Part shown: one piece after another, positions 25,133 through 38,996 of the stretch | Layout of the letters: each line of letters begins with the position of its first letter | Numbering within the stretch: the stretch's first letter is position 1 | Source of the DNA: Rotaria socialis | Taxonomy: Eukaryota | Length of the DNA: 64,000 nucleotides | Assembly (NCBI GenBank): GCA_905331295.1 | Contig: CAJNYD010000203.1 | Span: 1-64,000, forward strand | Direction of reading: 5' to 3' | Notes under the pieces: model-generated | Seen by the model: the letters and a program-made list of their open reading frames with translations, nothing else | Databases searched by the model: none | What the model was told of the DNA's origin: nothing | Program-made: the position numbers and the translations under genes

Positions 25133-26288
25133 TAGATCGAATGTTTTTTGTATAAAGCGAACAAAATTTCAAGCTAATTCAAAACATATTAGTATTGACA
25201 TCAAAGTTTTCTGCATCGATGAGGTTCAGTTAGTGAACGGAACTACTACTGTTTGTAGCGCATGCATGTTGCCTATGGTCTAAGTATTCTTCACATTTGT
25301 TCTTGTTTCATGTCAATTAGTAACTATAATCAACAACTGTGAAGCTCATAGTGAAAATGAAAATAATAGATTTCACAACTAAAATGGAGCAAAATCGTTT
25401 TCTTCTTTTCAGTGAGGTTCTCGGATATACTTCTAATAAAGTTATTTGTTCTAAAGTATTTTTGCATGAATTTCTCAAGTTCATAGTACGAACTTAGTAC
25501 TATTTAACCGAATATTACAATACGAACACTTATCCATTGATTGCATCAAGACGTTGAAAAAATGCGCCAAATTTCTGTTTTTTTTTATCAACTCGTGAAA
25601 TTTCATAACATTTTGGTCACCCATTTGAAAGCACAAAGAAATCTCGTCTTGCCAGAATCATATGAGAGATGATTTTTTTTTATTCATAATTGAATTAGGC
25701 AGTTAACAGATCGTTTCATCCAAAATTGAATTGCGCAACCTAAACTACGAATATAAGAACTTTATCTATGCAATGTCATAGTGAGATACATTTGCTTTCG
25801 CTGAATATGCACAACGACTTGACTTTTTGAACAGTCCGTTTTCATTACTTTTGAAATTAGATGTCAAGAGTAAAAATCTATCAAAATTAATAGAAATCTT
25901 AAGAAAATCCAGAACAATAATCAGCTAGTTTTTACATTTTTTATTTTAACTGCAACAAGAAAAACACAACAATTTGTAAAGCAAAAAATTTCTTTATTGA
26001 ACCACAGAGTAAAAATGACTTAAAGCAGGGACTCTAAAATAAAATAGTAACAGATTTTGTTCAATTTCATCTAGTTCACTTATTATAATAAAATAATTTA
26101 ATTAATAAGGACGACTTTTCTGTTATTGTTTGTTTACTAAATACAGACTTTGCACTTTTATATTGCTGAAGAAAAAGAAGAAGAAGAAGAAGAAGAAAAA
26201 CAGAAATATGTACTAATCTAAAGTCAGAATAACAACGCAACGATGTATATTTTTTAGAAGAACAGATAGATAACGAATAGTTGAAATT

Positions 26289-29200
26289 TTATTTCGGATT
26301 GATGAGTTGAGGAGTAGACACGCCAAGTAATGAAGTTAATGGAGGAATCAACGAAGTTGAATCTTTCGAAGTTGATGATTTGTATTTCGGAAAAGCCAAA
26401 CCAAAACGAGTTTCAATTCCTACACAAAATATTTCCATAAAATAATTCGATTAGCATTAATTTACCTTCAAATGTTGCTTGAGCTAAATGAAATCCACCA
26501 ACATGATCAGAATTCGTCGACAATATAATCGATGAACGTATTTTTGGTGAATATTGTTCTTGATCAACATGTTTGGATCCTTCTAATTTTCGACCTTGAA
26601 AGTCGATATTTAATGAACGTTGAAGGAGTTCATATGTCAGCAAAGTAAAAGCAAATTGGGGCGATGAACGAAGCATACGTGCGCCAGCACCTATATTTTA
26701 TTTAAATCAAAAGTGAAAGTACATATTACTATTATTAATATATAATTACCCTTCCAAAAAGCTGTCCATCCTTCTTCAATATAAATTTTTTTGAACGCAT
26801 CTGTTAAACCGTTATATTTCGTTTGTCCTTTTCTAGCTTGCACTTGTAAACGTGTTTTAACAACATCAGCTGGTGTACAAAGGCCAGCAGCAGGTATACC
26901 AGCAAGAAGACCGGAAAAAAATAAACTCTTTGGATCATTGTAACCATGTTCATCAGCAAAACGCCTTTTCGTATGAGCATAAGCAGGAAAATAAATAGAC
27001 GAAAATGGAATATCGCGAAGAAAACATGCACGAGCGCCTTTGTATAAACCACGAAGACCAAGCTCACGTACAACTTCACTTGCAGCTGGTCGACGAACTG
27101 ATTGGATTTCACCAGCAACTTGTAAACGAATTTTAACGATTTCTAATGGATTAGTGAAGGTGACCTAAAATCCAAACAAAATAATAAAGAATAATAGTAA
27201 AACGATACATTGAATAGAATTTTTCATTTTTATTTCAAAACATTCTAATTTTATTCGACTACAATGAAAGTCAATCGAACAAATATATTGCAGAATATAT
27301 CATTTTTTGAAGAACTCTTTTTATTTGGTCGTTCGGAGATCTTTGTTGTGATCATTTATTAGTTTTAAATAGTCTGTAATACAGTTTCTATAAGGATGAA
27401 AGACTTGAATAATCGAGAAACTGAATATAATTACTATTAAATAAGATAGAAATTAGCATAACCTATTTAATATTTTGTGTCTAGAGTGATTTACACCATT
27501 CGTTCCCTTTCGATTATTTATTTTTCCAATAAAACAGCGAGATCGAAAACATAGGAATATATGATGTGGTTTCTTTCTCATTGCTTCACAATAATATTTA
27601 TTTTTCCTCATGATTATACAATCAATTCTTTCGAAAACTTCATGTAAATTCCACTTCAAATTAATGATCAATTAAAAGAAAAATTGATAAAATCACTATT
27701 TTTTTTAGGGAGTGACGTATTTTCAATCTATTCGCTTCACTAACATACGCTAAAGATCTAGGATACGCTGTTCTTTTAAGTGGAAGATGCAAATCTTAAT
27801 AATTGAATGAGGAATCTATCAAAATACGGAAAAGTCTCTTCTCTGTTCTCATACTAAACAAATATCTACATACTTGAGATGCACCAGCACATCCACCAGC
27901 AAGAATTTCCGACCAAAATGGAATCGTTCCATCCGCTAATGTAAAACGATCACGAATAAAATCATTCACTGTTAATTTAATAGCCTTTTCCGGTGCAACA
28001 CCAACCAATTGAGGAATTAAACCTAAATTTGTATTTCTAATTCATCCATTTTGTTTTTCTATTCTATTTCTTTTTACCTCGATATAAACCAAAAACACCT
28101 TCATGTCGAATAACTTTTTTAAAGCAATCAATCGAATTACGATAAAGACGTTCGCCAACAACACTTGTTGTTCGTTGATTTTGCATACGTGTTTTAACTT
28201 AAACAAAACAGAAAATGACTCAATGTTAAGAATTATTTGGAAATATTTTATACCAAGATCAATCGGATAAACAGCCGTTGCACCAATAGCACCAGCAATA
28301 CTACCTAAATACATGAATTCTTATTTAAAAACAAAAAAAAAAGAATAAATGCAGAAACATCGGATTTACATCCGATTGTTATATGTACTGCAAAAACCGA
28401 ATCGATTTATATATGTTGTGAATAATGCTGAGAAAAAAACGTTTTTTTTTAAAAAAAACCCCGGACCCCCCCCCCCCTCAGAGATGGTCTGGTCAACAGT
28501 GACAATTTTCTCGATAACTCAGCCATTTCTTGACGGATCCCTCTCATCTTCGAACTCGACTGAGATATTGATAAGATCATTTTGTGTACAAAATTTCATG
28601 ACAATCGGATCAGCCTTTCAGGAGCTATCGTGTAAACGGCTGGACGGACACACTGGCCGATTCTATAGTGTACTCATTTTTGTCTTTTGAGTACACAAAA
28701 AAAGACATTTTGTCTATCATTACCTAGTGTAAAACGATAACCACTTTCAAGAACTTTCATAAAAATACTCTGATGTTCAATTTTATAATATTCATCAACG
28801 ATTTCAGATCGTAATCGATATGGTAGTAAATGTTCATTAGCTGATATTAAATCAAAATCACTTAATTCAATATAATCCTTATGAATTTCATGTCCAGCAT
28901 GGTCCTTATGTAATAAATGTGTTATAGCAAATAAAATATCAATTTGTAATGGTGTTGTATATGAAAAATGTTGAGCTTCAGTTAAAAATTCTTCCTTTGT
29001 TATCATCGATGATTTATATGTATGAGCTTTTTTGTAATTTACAGCTAGATAAATTTTTCTCATCGATTCAATATTTGATAACAATTGTAAAAATGCTGTA
29101 AAATATGAATATGAAATTTGATTTGGTGGTGATGTCGAACATGATAATTTAACAACATCATTTAGATGTTTTGATATAAATTCTGCTAATTGATATTGTC

Positions 29201-29980
29201 GCAATTCATTGAGAATAATTTCAAAATTTTTAAATGATATACAACCAAGATTATCTTTATCAAATTTTCGAAATGCTTGTATTGTTTGATCGTCAATAAA
29301 ATCTGTAACATAGAAAAAAAAAATATCAAAACAAATTTCTTATCGAATTTTTGTTTACCAAGTAAAATTTGAGTAAATTCCTTATAGGTTATTTGCCGTT
29401 GTCGTTTCGCACCGAAATGTGTTGTAACAAAATCAGAATTAAAATTAAACGGAAATTCTTTAAAATTTTTTGTCGCCGATATAATATATTGAAAGTCATC
29501 GAATGTAATAAAACCTTGACCGTGACGATCAAATAGCTGAAATGCTAAACGATATAATGAATCTGATGCCAACAATAATGATTCAAAATTAATAAATTTA
29601 GTTAATGTAATTTCTAATTCGAAAAATAATTTTCCTTAAATCAATTTCGAAAACAATAATTAACAAACTTTGATCTTTATTCAAATCAACCAAAGATGAA
29701 AGTATATCAAGTGTTGTTGGATCTATATTATCACCTATTAAATAACCTAAGTAATCTTGCAAAAATTCATGTGGTGTCATATAACGTTCACCAAGATGTT
29801 CATGATGTGCATAACGATTAAATACATTTAATAATTCATCACGATCGGCGGATGATGTAACTCGTGCTAAAAGTGAAAAATAGTTTTCCTGACATTTAGA
29901 AAAATAGTTTTCCCGATATTTAGAAAAACCACTACAATATACTATTTACATTGCTTCGGACTTTTTGTATTTGATGTCAT
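26289..29980 (-). CDS. SLC25A12: Calcium-binding mitochondrial aspartate/glutamate carrier (aralar/citrin)
   Basis: N-terminal EF-hand region ([21 protein letters not shown]); carrier repeats ([47 protein letters not shown]); C-terminal [16 protein letters not shown]. Confidence 0.93.
28330..28703 (+). mobile_element. DINE-1/HINE-like (Helentron-associated) non-autonomous element in an aralar intron
   Basis: 5' short hairpin ATCGGAT-ttac-ATCCGAT (28359-28376); ACGGCTGGACGGACAC microsatellite-like tract; 3' stem-loop GTGTACTCA/TGAGTACAC (28668-28696); A-runs at both ends; no TSD. Confidence 0.65.
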
Positions 29981-30494
29981 TATTGTTTCGTCGTTTGTGT
30001 TTGTAAAAACAAAGAAATAATCGTTACTCGTTACCTATCGTAACATAAATAAATAGCATGCAGGAAAAATGCAAAACGCATTGTATCGTTTTCAGGAAAG
30101 CATGCTAATTATCGGGAATATAAGAACCATTAAATAACCCACGAATTTAAGCGACATCTATTTATCATTTGAAAATAGAACTCATGAACATTTAATTTCT
30201 ACGTTGACATTAATCTACAAGAATATATGCTAGAAAAATGATATTTAAATGACGAACAAAATGTTAACCGCCATCTTTTATTGTAAATATAGTTGTTTAT
30301 GTTGTTTTAAGAAATCTAACCTAATTTTTTCGCCATTTTTTTGTGTCAAATCTTCTCTGTATATTGACATTATAAGCTTTAACCTCGTCGTGCAACGTAT
30401 AATTAAGCCTGTGATTAGCCGTTCTTTACATTTATCATATCTTTGATTTCTTTATGTAAATCTTTTATCATTTAGTTCCTTTAGACAAAAAAAT
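29981..30494. promoter_or_regulatory. Short divergent intergenic region, candidate bidirectional promoter
   Basis: The ATGs of aralar (29980,-) and the desaturase (30495,+) are ~0.5 kb apart, head-to-head. Confidence 0.45.
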
Positions 30495-32233
30495 ATGGGT
30501 AAAGGCGAACATAATACACGCATTGGTGTTAATCTTAATCAAAACTTGAACACAGCACCATTACCAACTCAACATCGATTGCCAACATTATCTGAAATAA
30601 AAGTTAAACTCCCGGCTCATTGCTTTCGCCCAACTGTAGTTCAGTCGATGAGCTATGTCATCAAAGATATTATCTTCGTTGTCGCAGCAGGTTTACTCAT
30701 GTATCAAATAGAAAACTTATTTAAATACGGATTTTTATTTTTCCCTATCTATTGGTATATACAAGGTTTGTTAGTCTCTTATGAACCATATTTATTTATA
30801 TGGTTTGTTATTCGTCCTTAGGAACTCTTTATACATCTCTTTTTGTTCTTGGACATGATTGTGGACATGGTAGTTTTAGTTTTTATCCATTACTGAACGA
30901 TATCGTCGGTATGTAGAAAGTTGCTGTATACACAATTATTAGAGAAAACATCTCTATTCTTATTTAGGTACCATACTACACACATGGATTTTAGCACCTT
31001 ATTATACATGGAAGGTAAATCATATGTAATCTTGGTGATTTTCATATAAAAAAAATGCGTCCTATAGATCATGGATATAAATAACATGTCAAGACTATAG
31101 AGAGTAATAATTCCTGGTGTTTACTAGAATTGATATTGTCCATAATCTAAACACAAATGTAAAGTATGGTTAGGTACTTAACGCTTACAAGCTTAAAATC
31201 TCACAAAATTCTTGATCTTTCCTACATTTGAGTTCAATGTTTTTTTATTTATATTTTTTATTTTAGCTTACACACAATAAACATCATAAAAATACAAATA
31301 ATATAGACAAAGACGAAGTTTTTTATCCACAACGTGGTGAAACATATCGCCCTTCATTTAAGGATGATCTTTTATTCTGGTTACCAGGTCTCGGTTGGTT
31401 TTACTATTTATTATGTGGATACTCGCCAAGATCAATTAATCATTTTAATCCAGTAAATGAATTCAATTTTGTCTAAAAGGCCGAAGAAACAAATCGAAGT
31501 TAGCTATAACTATTTTCTTTTTATTTCAGTTTGAAGCATTATTCTATAATAAAAATTCAGTTGGTGTGTGTCTATCGCTTGTTTCATATATAGGAATGGT
31601 ATATTTATACAATTTTCGAAAAATAATTTTTTTTTAAATAAAAATTATTCATTTTATAGTGCTATTTGATGTATGCCTATGCAATATCCTTTGGTGTCAT
31701 TAATTTACTTACTTATCATCTTATACCAGTATTCATATTTGCATGCTATATGGTTATTATAACCATGTTACATCATACAGAAATGTACTATATTTGAATT
31801 AATAAACGATTGATTACTTGATATTTTTTTTTGAATTTTATAGTGATGTACCTTGGTATGGCGATTCGGAATGGAATAATGTTAAAGGACAATTGTCAAC
31901 TGTTGATCGTGATTATGGTCATGTTCATTCAATCATTCATTCAATTGGTACACATCAAATCCATCATCTATTTACAAAAGTACCGCACTATTATTTAGGT
32001 ATGAAATTATTCAATAAACTAACTTATTCTTCTCATGAATTTCTCCTGTAGAAGAAGCAACGGAACATTTCCGAAAAGCATTTCCTGATCTTGTTCGAAT
32101 CAATGAAGAATCAATTTTAGCTTCGTTTGCTCGCATGTTTAGAATATTTATGAAACAACGAGCTATTGAACAAGATGTACGTGTATTTACGTATTCGCCA
32201 GATAAAACTGACAACAAGAAAAAAACTTCATAG
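30495..32233 (+). CDS. Methyl-end (omega-3 / delta-12/15/17 type) fatty acid desaturase, multi-exon
   Basis: [15 protein letters not shown]; three His boxes HDCGH, HNKHH and [31 protein letters not shown]. Confidence 0.93.
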
Positions 32234-34396
32234 TCAATGAAGAAAACAAAAACCCAACCTGCAATAACAAAACATTATAATCAAATCTAATTATGCACTT
32301 CAACTTATTCTATTACAGTCAAACTATTCGATAGAATGCAAAATAATATATTAACATCTTTCCAGCACCTCGTTCTCCTAGATAGTGGGTTTCTACCTTT
32401 ATTATGTTTATTTCGTCTTGTTCTTTTTTTTTTCTCGTCTCAAAAGTCAAATAAACGTATAAGACATCATTAAAAATTAATCTTTAATTGCTTAGTTTCT
32501 ATGCTGAATGATTCTAAGGTAGAACGGAGAATTTCCTATGTGTAAATAAAGAGGAACATTCAATACGATGTTGACATTTCTCACACGTTATGTGAGAATG
32601 CTAAGGGGAAAATATCAAAGAAAATGGAAAATAATTTGATTGAAAAATGTTGTTTAGCTATGCCTGAAGGAATACACGAGCAGCCTAGATTATACAGCTC
32701 TTCAGCATATAATAAGATTTAGCTACGAATCACGATAGCTGTTCCATCCTAAATCAATTATCGATATGTATTATTACAATTCAACAACTCATAATATATA
32801 TTATGAGTGTTGCAGTATCATTTCTAAAATATTAAAACATTTCGAAGTCATCACTACGCATGCAAAAACACTACTTAGAACTAAACAATCTCAAAGGACA
32901 TAGATGGATAATCTTGATTAGCATATTTGTGCAAAACATTTTACATGTGTATGCGTATAAAATGAATTTGCTCTAAAACACTTTCGTGCCAAGGAAATCA
33001 AAGCTATAATGTAATATTTTTTTAGTGTATTACTAAAAGTCATCGTGATTTTTCATTATTGATCAATAATAGTCAGATGATCTGATGCCATACGCGTAAT
33101 AAGAACTTCAATGAAATGATTATCTACTCTATGATGAATGACTTTATTATCAAATCGATAATATATAATTGTTTTGTTCACTAGAGAAATTTATTCCGTC
33201 TGTTCCTACTGTGAGACATGTGACAGGAGCTTCTAGGAAAAATATTTTTACAATGAATTTTGTATATATAGTATGCCTATGAGATTTGAAATTGAATGCC
33301 ATATACAGACAACATTGTATTTATGTCTAAAAATTCAATTAAAAGATCGTTGTAAAATGCTCGACTTAGCACAGTTCTCTGTCTTTTTAAATGTCTCCTA
33401 TCCTTTTCCCGGAACATCATAATGATTAACGAGAGAATGTTTCCAACTGTGCAATTACATGTTGCTAGAAGCTATTCTCTCACTTGATTGACTATAATGA
33501 TAATGGCTAGTAGAAAATAAATAAACTTTAGTTTTTTTTCTTCAACATTTGCTTGTTGATTGATGTGACCACAAAACTCCTTAGAAGCTAAATGGTAGAG
33601 TTTCGAGCTGAAATTTTTCCACAAATAACTCTTATAGACAGAAGACATACTTAAAAAACTTTAAGTCTCAAAATAGATGCATATTTTATACGATATTTCT
33701 ACTCTAAATAAGAAACGTCTCTTGTGGGTTGTTTATCAAGATAGAAGTATTTTATCACAAGTCTATATCTCATAATAGATATCTTAGTTCAAGTACAAAA
33801 GTTGATCAGTCGACTTCGTAACAAATCTCAGTTATATTCACAGCAAAGTTTCAAGATAAATCAAACTCCTAGTGAAAAATATGATCAAATCAAGTAGTGT
33901 GTGCGTCTCAAATTAATTGTTAAATCGTAGAAAAAATTACAGGATTTACTAAATTTTGATTTCAAAAAGTATAGAACTACTGAGAAGAAGAAGATAAGTC
34001 AGCATTAATACGCACAATGTGGAAATGATATCATTTAACTGCTCTTCTAACATCCAAATGTGAAACCTACGTACTTGACACATATCTATCAGTTTCATCA
34101 ACACTAATCTAGTTTACAATCATACGACTCTCAAAATAATTCTCTTGTTAAATAACGAATAGTGACAGATGAGTGAACAATACAGTTTTGCATATCAATA
34201 TTTTGTGTAGTTTTTATTATAGTTATTTTAAATTAGTTTATAAGTTTTGACAATCAGTCTTTTGTTTAAACCGACTTGTTTCTTTCGTATATAATAAAAA
34301 ATAAACAATTATTTCGTTTTTTCGTTGATTCTTTTTTTCTCGATGAATAACGCTATAAATTGAAAGACTTCGAAATTATTTTCATGCATATCTTAT

Positions 34397-35477
34397 CTAG
34401 ATTCGAGTTGATTTGGAACCATAATAACCACTTCTTGGATACCACGGAAAGGCTGATTCAACAACACGCATGCTTGACGAACGAAAAATATTCTAAATTA
34501 ATGGAAAGATTTACAGATAGCTTGATTAACACAAAAGAAAGAAAGTACCTGACTTGGTCTCTTCGCACTTTTTCTAGTCAAAAAATACTATATCGAAATA
34601 ATAATAACATATTTGAATAAGATAAAATTCGAAGATTTACTTGTGGTCTTGAACTTTGACCAAAATTGTTATAACTATAGAAATTTAATTCATTAGATTT
34701 CATCGATTTTATTAATGTCGCTGAAGGTGAACTACAAAGTAATGATGGACTTCGGTAAAGTTTCGTGTTTGATAAAGTTAAATCCCTTTGTGCTAGATCA
34801 ACTCGTAATCTAAATTAGGCGAAGAGAAAATTGACAATGATGTTTTACTTTCTTACCTAGCATCGAATTCTGTCGATGAATCTTGTTGTAATATTAAAAA
34901 ATCATCAGTAGCCAAAGGTGTTTTACCTCTATGCTAAAATATTTAGAAATAATGACTTATTGTAGTTCACGGTTACAAAATCTTACTAATCCATTGAAAT
35001 CAATAAATGAATCTTCCTTTCTAGGCTCAAAACACTGAAATTGTCCTAGAAAATATTGAAAATTTTGACTAGTCTTTGAATAGACTGATCTTTACCAAAT
35101 GACGTTGTCTGACGAGAAGGTTCATCTGATAAACGACATGAACTTTCATCATGTTGAATACGTCGAGGAGATGACAATCTCGGAGTATACAATTGTCGTT
35201 TCGTTGATATTAATTTTAGTCTAGGAGATTGAAATCTATTTTTCCAGATATTTTCATTATGTCAATGATATGTCTATTTTTTGAATTATTTTACCCAGAA
35301 TATATTTTTGGCTCAACATAGCGACCTTTCGTGGAGAGTTGCTGTTCTGTATTGCAATCGTGTTTAAGAGGACCCTCATTTAGTCTGTAGAAGTACTCGT
35401 AATTATGAAGAAACAAAAACCACAAAGTTAGCTTACTTGGAAATATTATTTGCTGGGACAAACGCAGATTGATCCAT
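34397..35477 (-). pseudogene. Probable disrupted multi-exon gene of unknown function
   Basis: Exon-like blocks bounded by GT/AG (MDQSAFVPANNISK; ENIWKNRFQSPR; GKTPLATDDF; KHETYRSPSLL; SAFPWYPRSGYYGSK) with in-frame stops and a frame change. Confidence 0.45.
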
Positions 35478-38400
35478 TATTTTACTTCAATTCAATTTAC
35501 TATATGCATTCAAGCATAAATCATTTAGCAATAGAACCTCCAATCAGTCGAAATATAAATAATTTTACTCTCTATGTGGAACACCTGATGTAAAAAAAAT
35601 GAACGCCAACGTGAAAAAAATTGATGGAAGCATCTCGATGGTGTATGTTCTACCGTCTTTTTTTTGTCATCGAATTAGTTATTCTTTTCTGTTTGGCGGC
35701 TATGTTTTAACAACATTTTTATATAATCATATTGAAAAGAAAAAACATGTAGCGATGTTTTACAATAAAAGTATTTTATCACATTCTTGTTTTGTTGCTC
35801 TTGAAGTCAAACATACTTTTCATTAAGCTAATGTAATGTTCGAAACAAAATATTTATAAGAGTTTACTTTTTTTTTGTAAAAACTATACAAAATAAATAT
35901 ATGGATTAATTTTAGCAACTAAAAGAGGAAAAGGATTTCTCTTGATACTTAAGCCTAAATGAAAATCATCGATCAGCAATTAACAAAATCTGAATAATAA
36001 TACTTTTAACTGAAATATTATTCAATACAAGCATAATAAATAAGATCAGTTTTTACCCAGATGTGAAAACAGTATTTGTCAGAACTCTTCAAATAAAGAA
36101 ATGTATAAATTTTAGAATCTGAATCATTTTTCAGTACAATTTATTTACTTTGAAATTCGTCTTCTCAATATTATTTTTTTTGAAAGTTGATTTTTTCGAT
36201 ATTTATCAAATAGAAAACTAATTTTTTGAAATATCTATTTATAGCTCATGTTCACCGATATGATGTTCTTTTAATACATTCTTTTTTTTTCTTTTCTATT
36301 CTATGATTCTGAGTGACTTATTTTGGTCAATTAAATCAACATGAACAAAAAACAAGAACAGGAAAAGAAAATATAACTTTTCTTCTTACATCTTTCATTG
36401 AGTAAAATAAACTTCAATATTTCGAAAATAATATCAACCGTGAGAATATCAATAAATTAAAAATGTAATTATATCTATCGTTGTTTAGATTTATTTAAAT
36501 TCATCTGAATAGCTCATACCTTCTATTATTTATCATTCAATAATCTATCATAATCATCAATACGGAGTTGTCATGACCGGTGATGATTAGGAAATGAAAA
36601 CCTATTAGTTGGATGATAGTATGAACATTAAAGTTCATTCAGTATGTAATAAGCATAGTTTCTTCGAATATCTTGAATACATAGTTAATTGTAACTGGCA
36701 TCATACGAGGATTTTAATCATGGTAATAACTTATAATTAAACGACTTTAAAAATGATATCAAGAGAAAAATATAAAAATAGAGTGCGCTATTCACCTGAT
36801 CAAATATCGAACTTAATGCAAATGTCTTCGGGTGAAAATTATTAAAAACGTCTTTAAAAATTAACTTTATGTTAATCCATTGGATGACATTGGCCAGGTG
36901 CAATACCCTTGGAACATCAATTTATTCGCTTTGGTTCTAATTATTCTTTTATTGTCAAGATGTTCGACATCTTTTATCTTTCATGTTTTCACAGATGACA
37001 AATGATAAATGTTCGTTTGATAGAAATTTATCAATTTCGGTTGTCACTGTTATTCTCAAAATTGCAAGTAAACAAAGATGAAGAAAAACTTAGTACTAAT
37101 AGTTCACTTCAAATAATTGATCCAGGCTTTTTTCACATTCAGTGTTGAATTGTTGCTATTCATGGAAAATTCTTGTCATAAACGGATTGTTTTTATCGGC
37201 AAAAATTAGATTATTTATCAATCAATGGCTAGACAAAAATGTCATCCACCAAGTCTCTGACAATATTATTATGGGGTTGTTGTATATTCTGCTATATTGC
37301 TTCTAGTTTTTTCTTAAAATTATCAATTTTATTTGTTAATATTAGCGATACATTTATTAGTATTATATATATAAGTATGAAGCAGTGATTTTATAACAAT
37401 TAACTTTACTTTATTTTATGAAATTCATGAAAAAGTTTTTTTTATTATTATTATTGTTGAGAATAGTCTCATTTATAATAAAAAAAAAAAAGAAGTTCAT
37501 CTATCAATGAATTCTATTAATGAAGAAATCTCATTCTTTTCTCTACCACAAACTGTAGTAACGAAAGACCCTGGGAACTCATTACAGACATTGTTGATAC
37601 AAAAAGTAGAGGCAATAAATCAATAATTTATCTCTATAATAATGTGAACTCGTACTTTATTACGTTTCTGGAGAATTAAACAGAAGTAATGCGTCCAAAA
37701 ATAGATACAAATAAAATAATAACTTATTCTGCGCAGGAATATCAACTATATCGTCTTTTTCTATTGTTATCTTCGCGATATTTTACTATTCGTTTTTTAG
37801 TCTGTTAGAAAAACGACTAATAAAAGATGAAATCTGCTGTCGACTTTTGTTTTATTACTATATTTATAGTATAATCAATCTCATATCTACATACAAATGC
37901 AGACTAAATAACGAATCGTAGTTTGTCTTTCTGAAGATGCTCATTAATGAATTTGTCATGACAAGCTAAGAAGAATGTATGCACATGGGCGTCCATTAAA
38001 TAGAAACAACAAGAACAAAACAAACCACATAATATATAAAGAAGTTATATGAAGTGAACAAATCCTTTCCTCCTGGCGTATACAAACGAGAAGCTAATCA
38101 AAAGAAAAGAAATCATTATTAGAAAAAACACATTAATTCAAGACGACGGAATAATGTATAAACACATGAAAGAGGCCACTGCGTAATTAGGGGAAAATTG
38201 CAAGATTATAACAAGCATACAAAGTATTTCAAATAACTATGCAGGATATAAAATATAACAGTTAATATCTAAAATAACAAAAGTGAAATATTTTGTACGC
38301 TATGCAGATTTTATGTCTTCTTATTCGAATGCTGAAAGTGTAGTTAGAGATACATACTGAAAATGATAATTATTGATTAGGAAAAAAACAAAATTCATTA

Positions 38401-38996
38401 GTTAAATGGATTTTGGCTGATCTATTTATTAATCAAAGCACAGCATGTACATAAATGCGATTGGCAAATTTTTGAATAATTATTTTATTTATCTCAACTT
38501 TGAACTAACCAAACAAAATGCATTAAAAATAATGCAAAGAAAATACACGATAGAGAAGACAAGTAATTCAATAATAAGTCCCTAAGTGAAGACGATATAA
38601 AAATGAATGATCGTAATCAATGAGTTATTGAATCAGTCGTTCTATTTTTAGAATGCATGACATGAAGCAGTAATAGTGATCTAATGTAGGAGCCATGCTG
38701 TTTCTTTGAATAGATAGATACTGATCGAAGCCACGAATGTAATTTCTTTTTTTCCCTATGAAATGGAAGGAACGATCTTCTAGAAATTTGACCTTATCTT
38801 TAGTTCGTTGTAGTGGGTAATACTATTTTTTTTTTGTTTAAATAACTTCCAGATCATCTTCTCAGTTCTTTTGCCTGTTATACATTAAAATTCTAAAAAT
38901 TCGAACGAGTAAATTAAACAGCAATCATAAATAACGTTTATTTATTATCGAAATAAGTTTCATGATAATTCTTTGTATTTATATTTAAATTGGTTG

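Noticed and set aside
28349..28690. 113-aa plus-strand ORF
   Set aside because: It coincides with the non-coding DINE-like intronic insertion.
36500..37260. Possible minus-strand exon relics
   Set aside because: No consistent spliced frame or motif was found.
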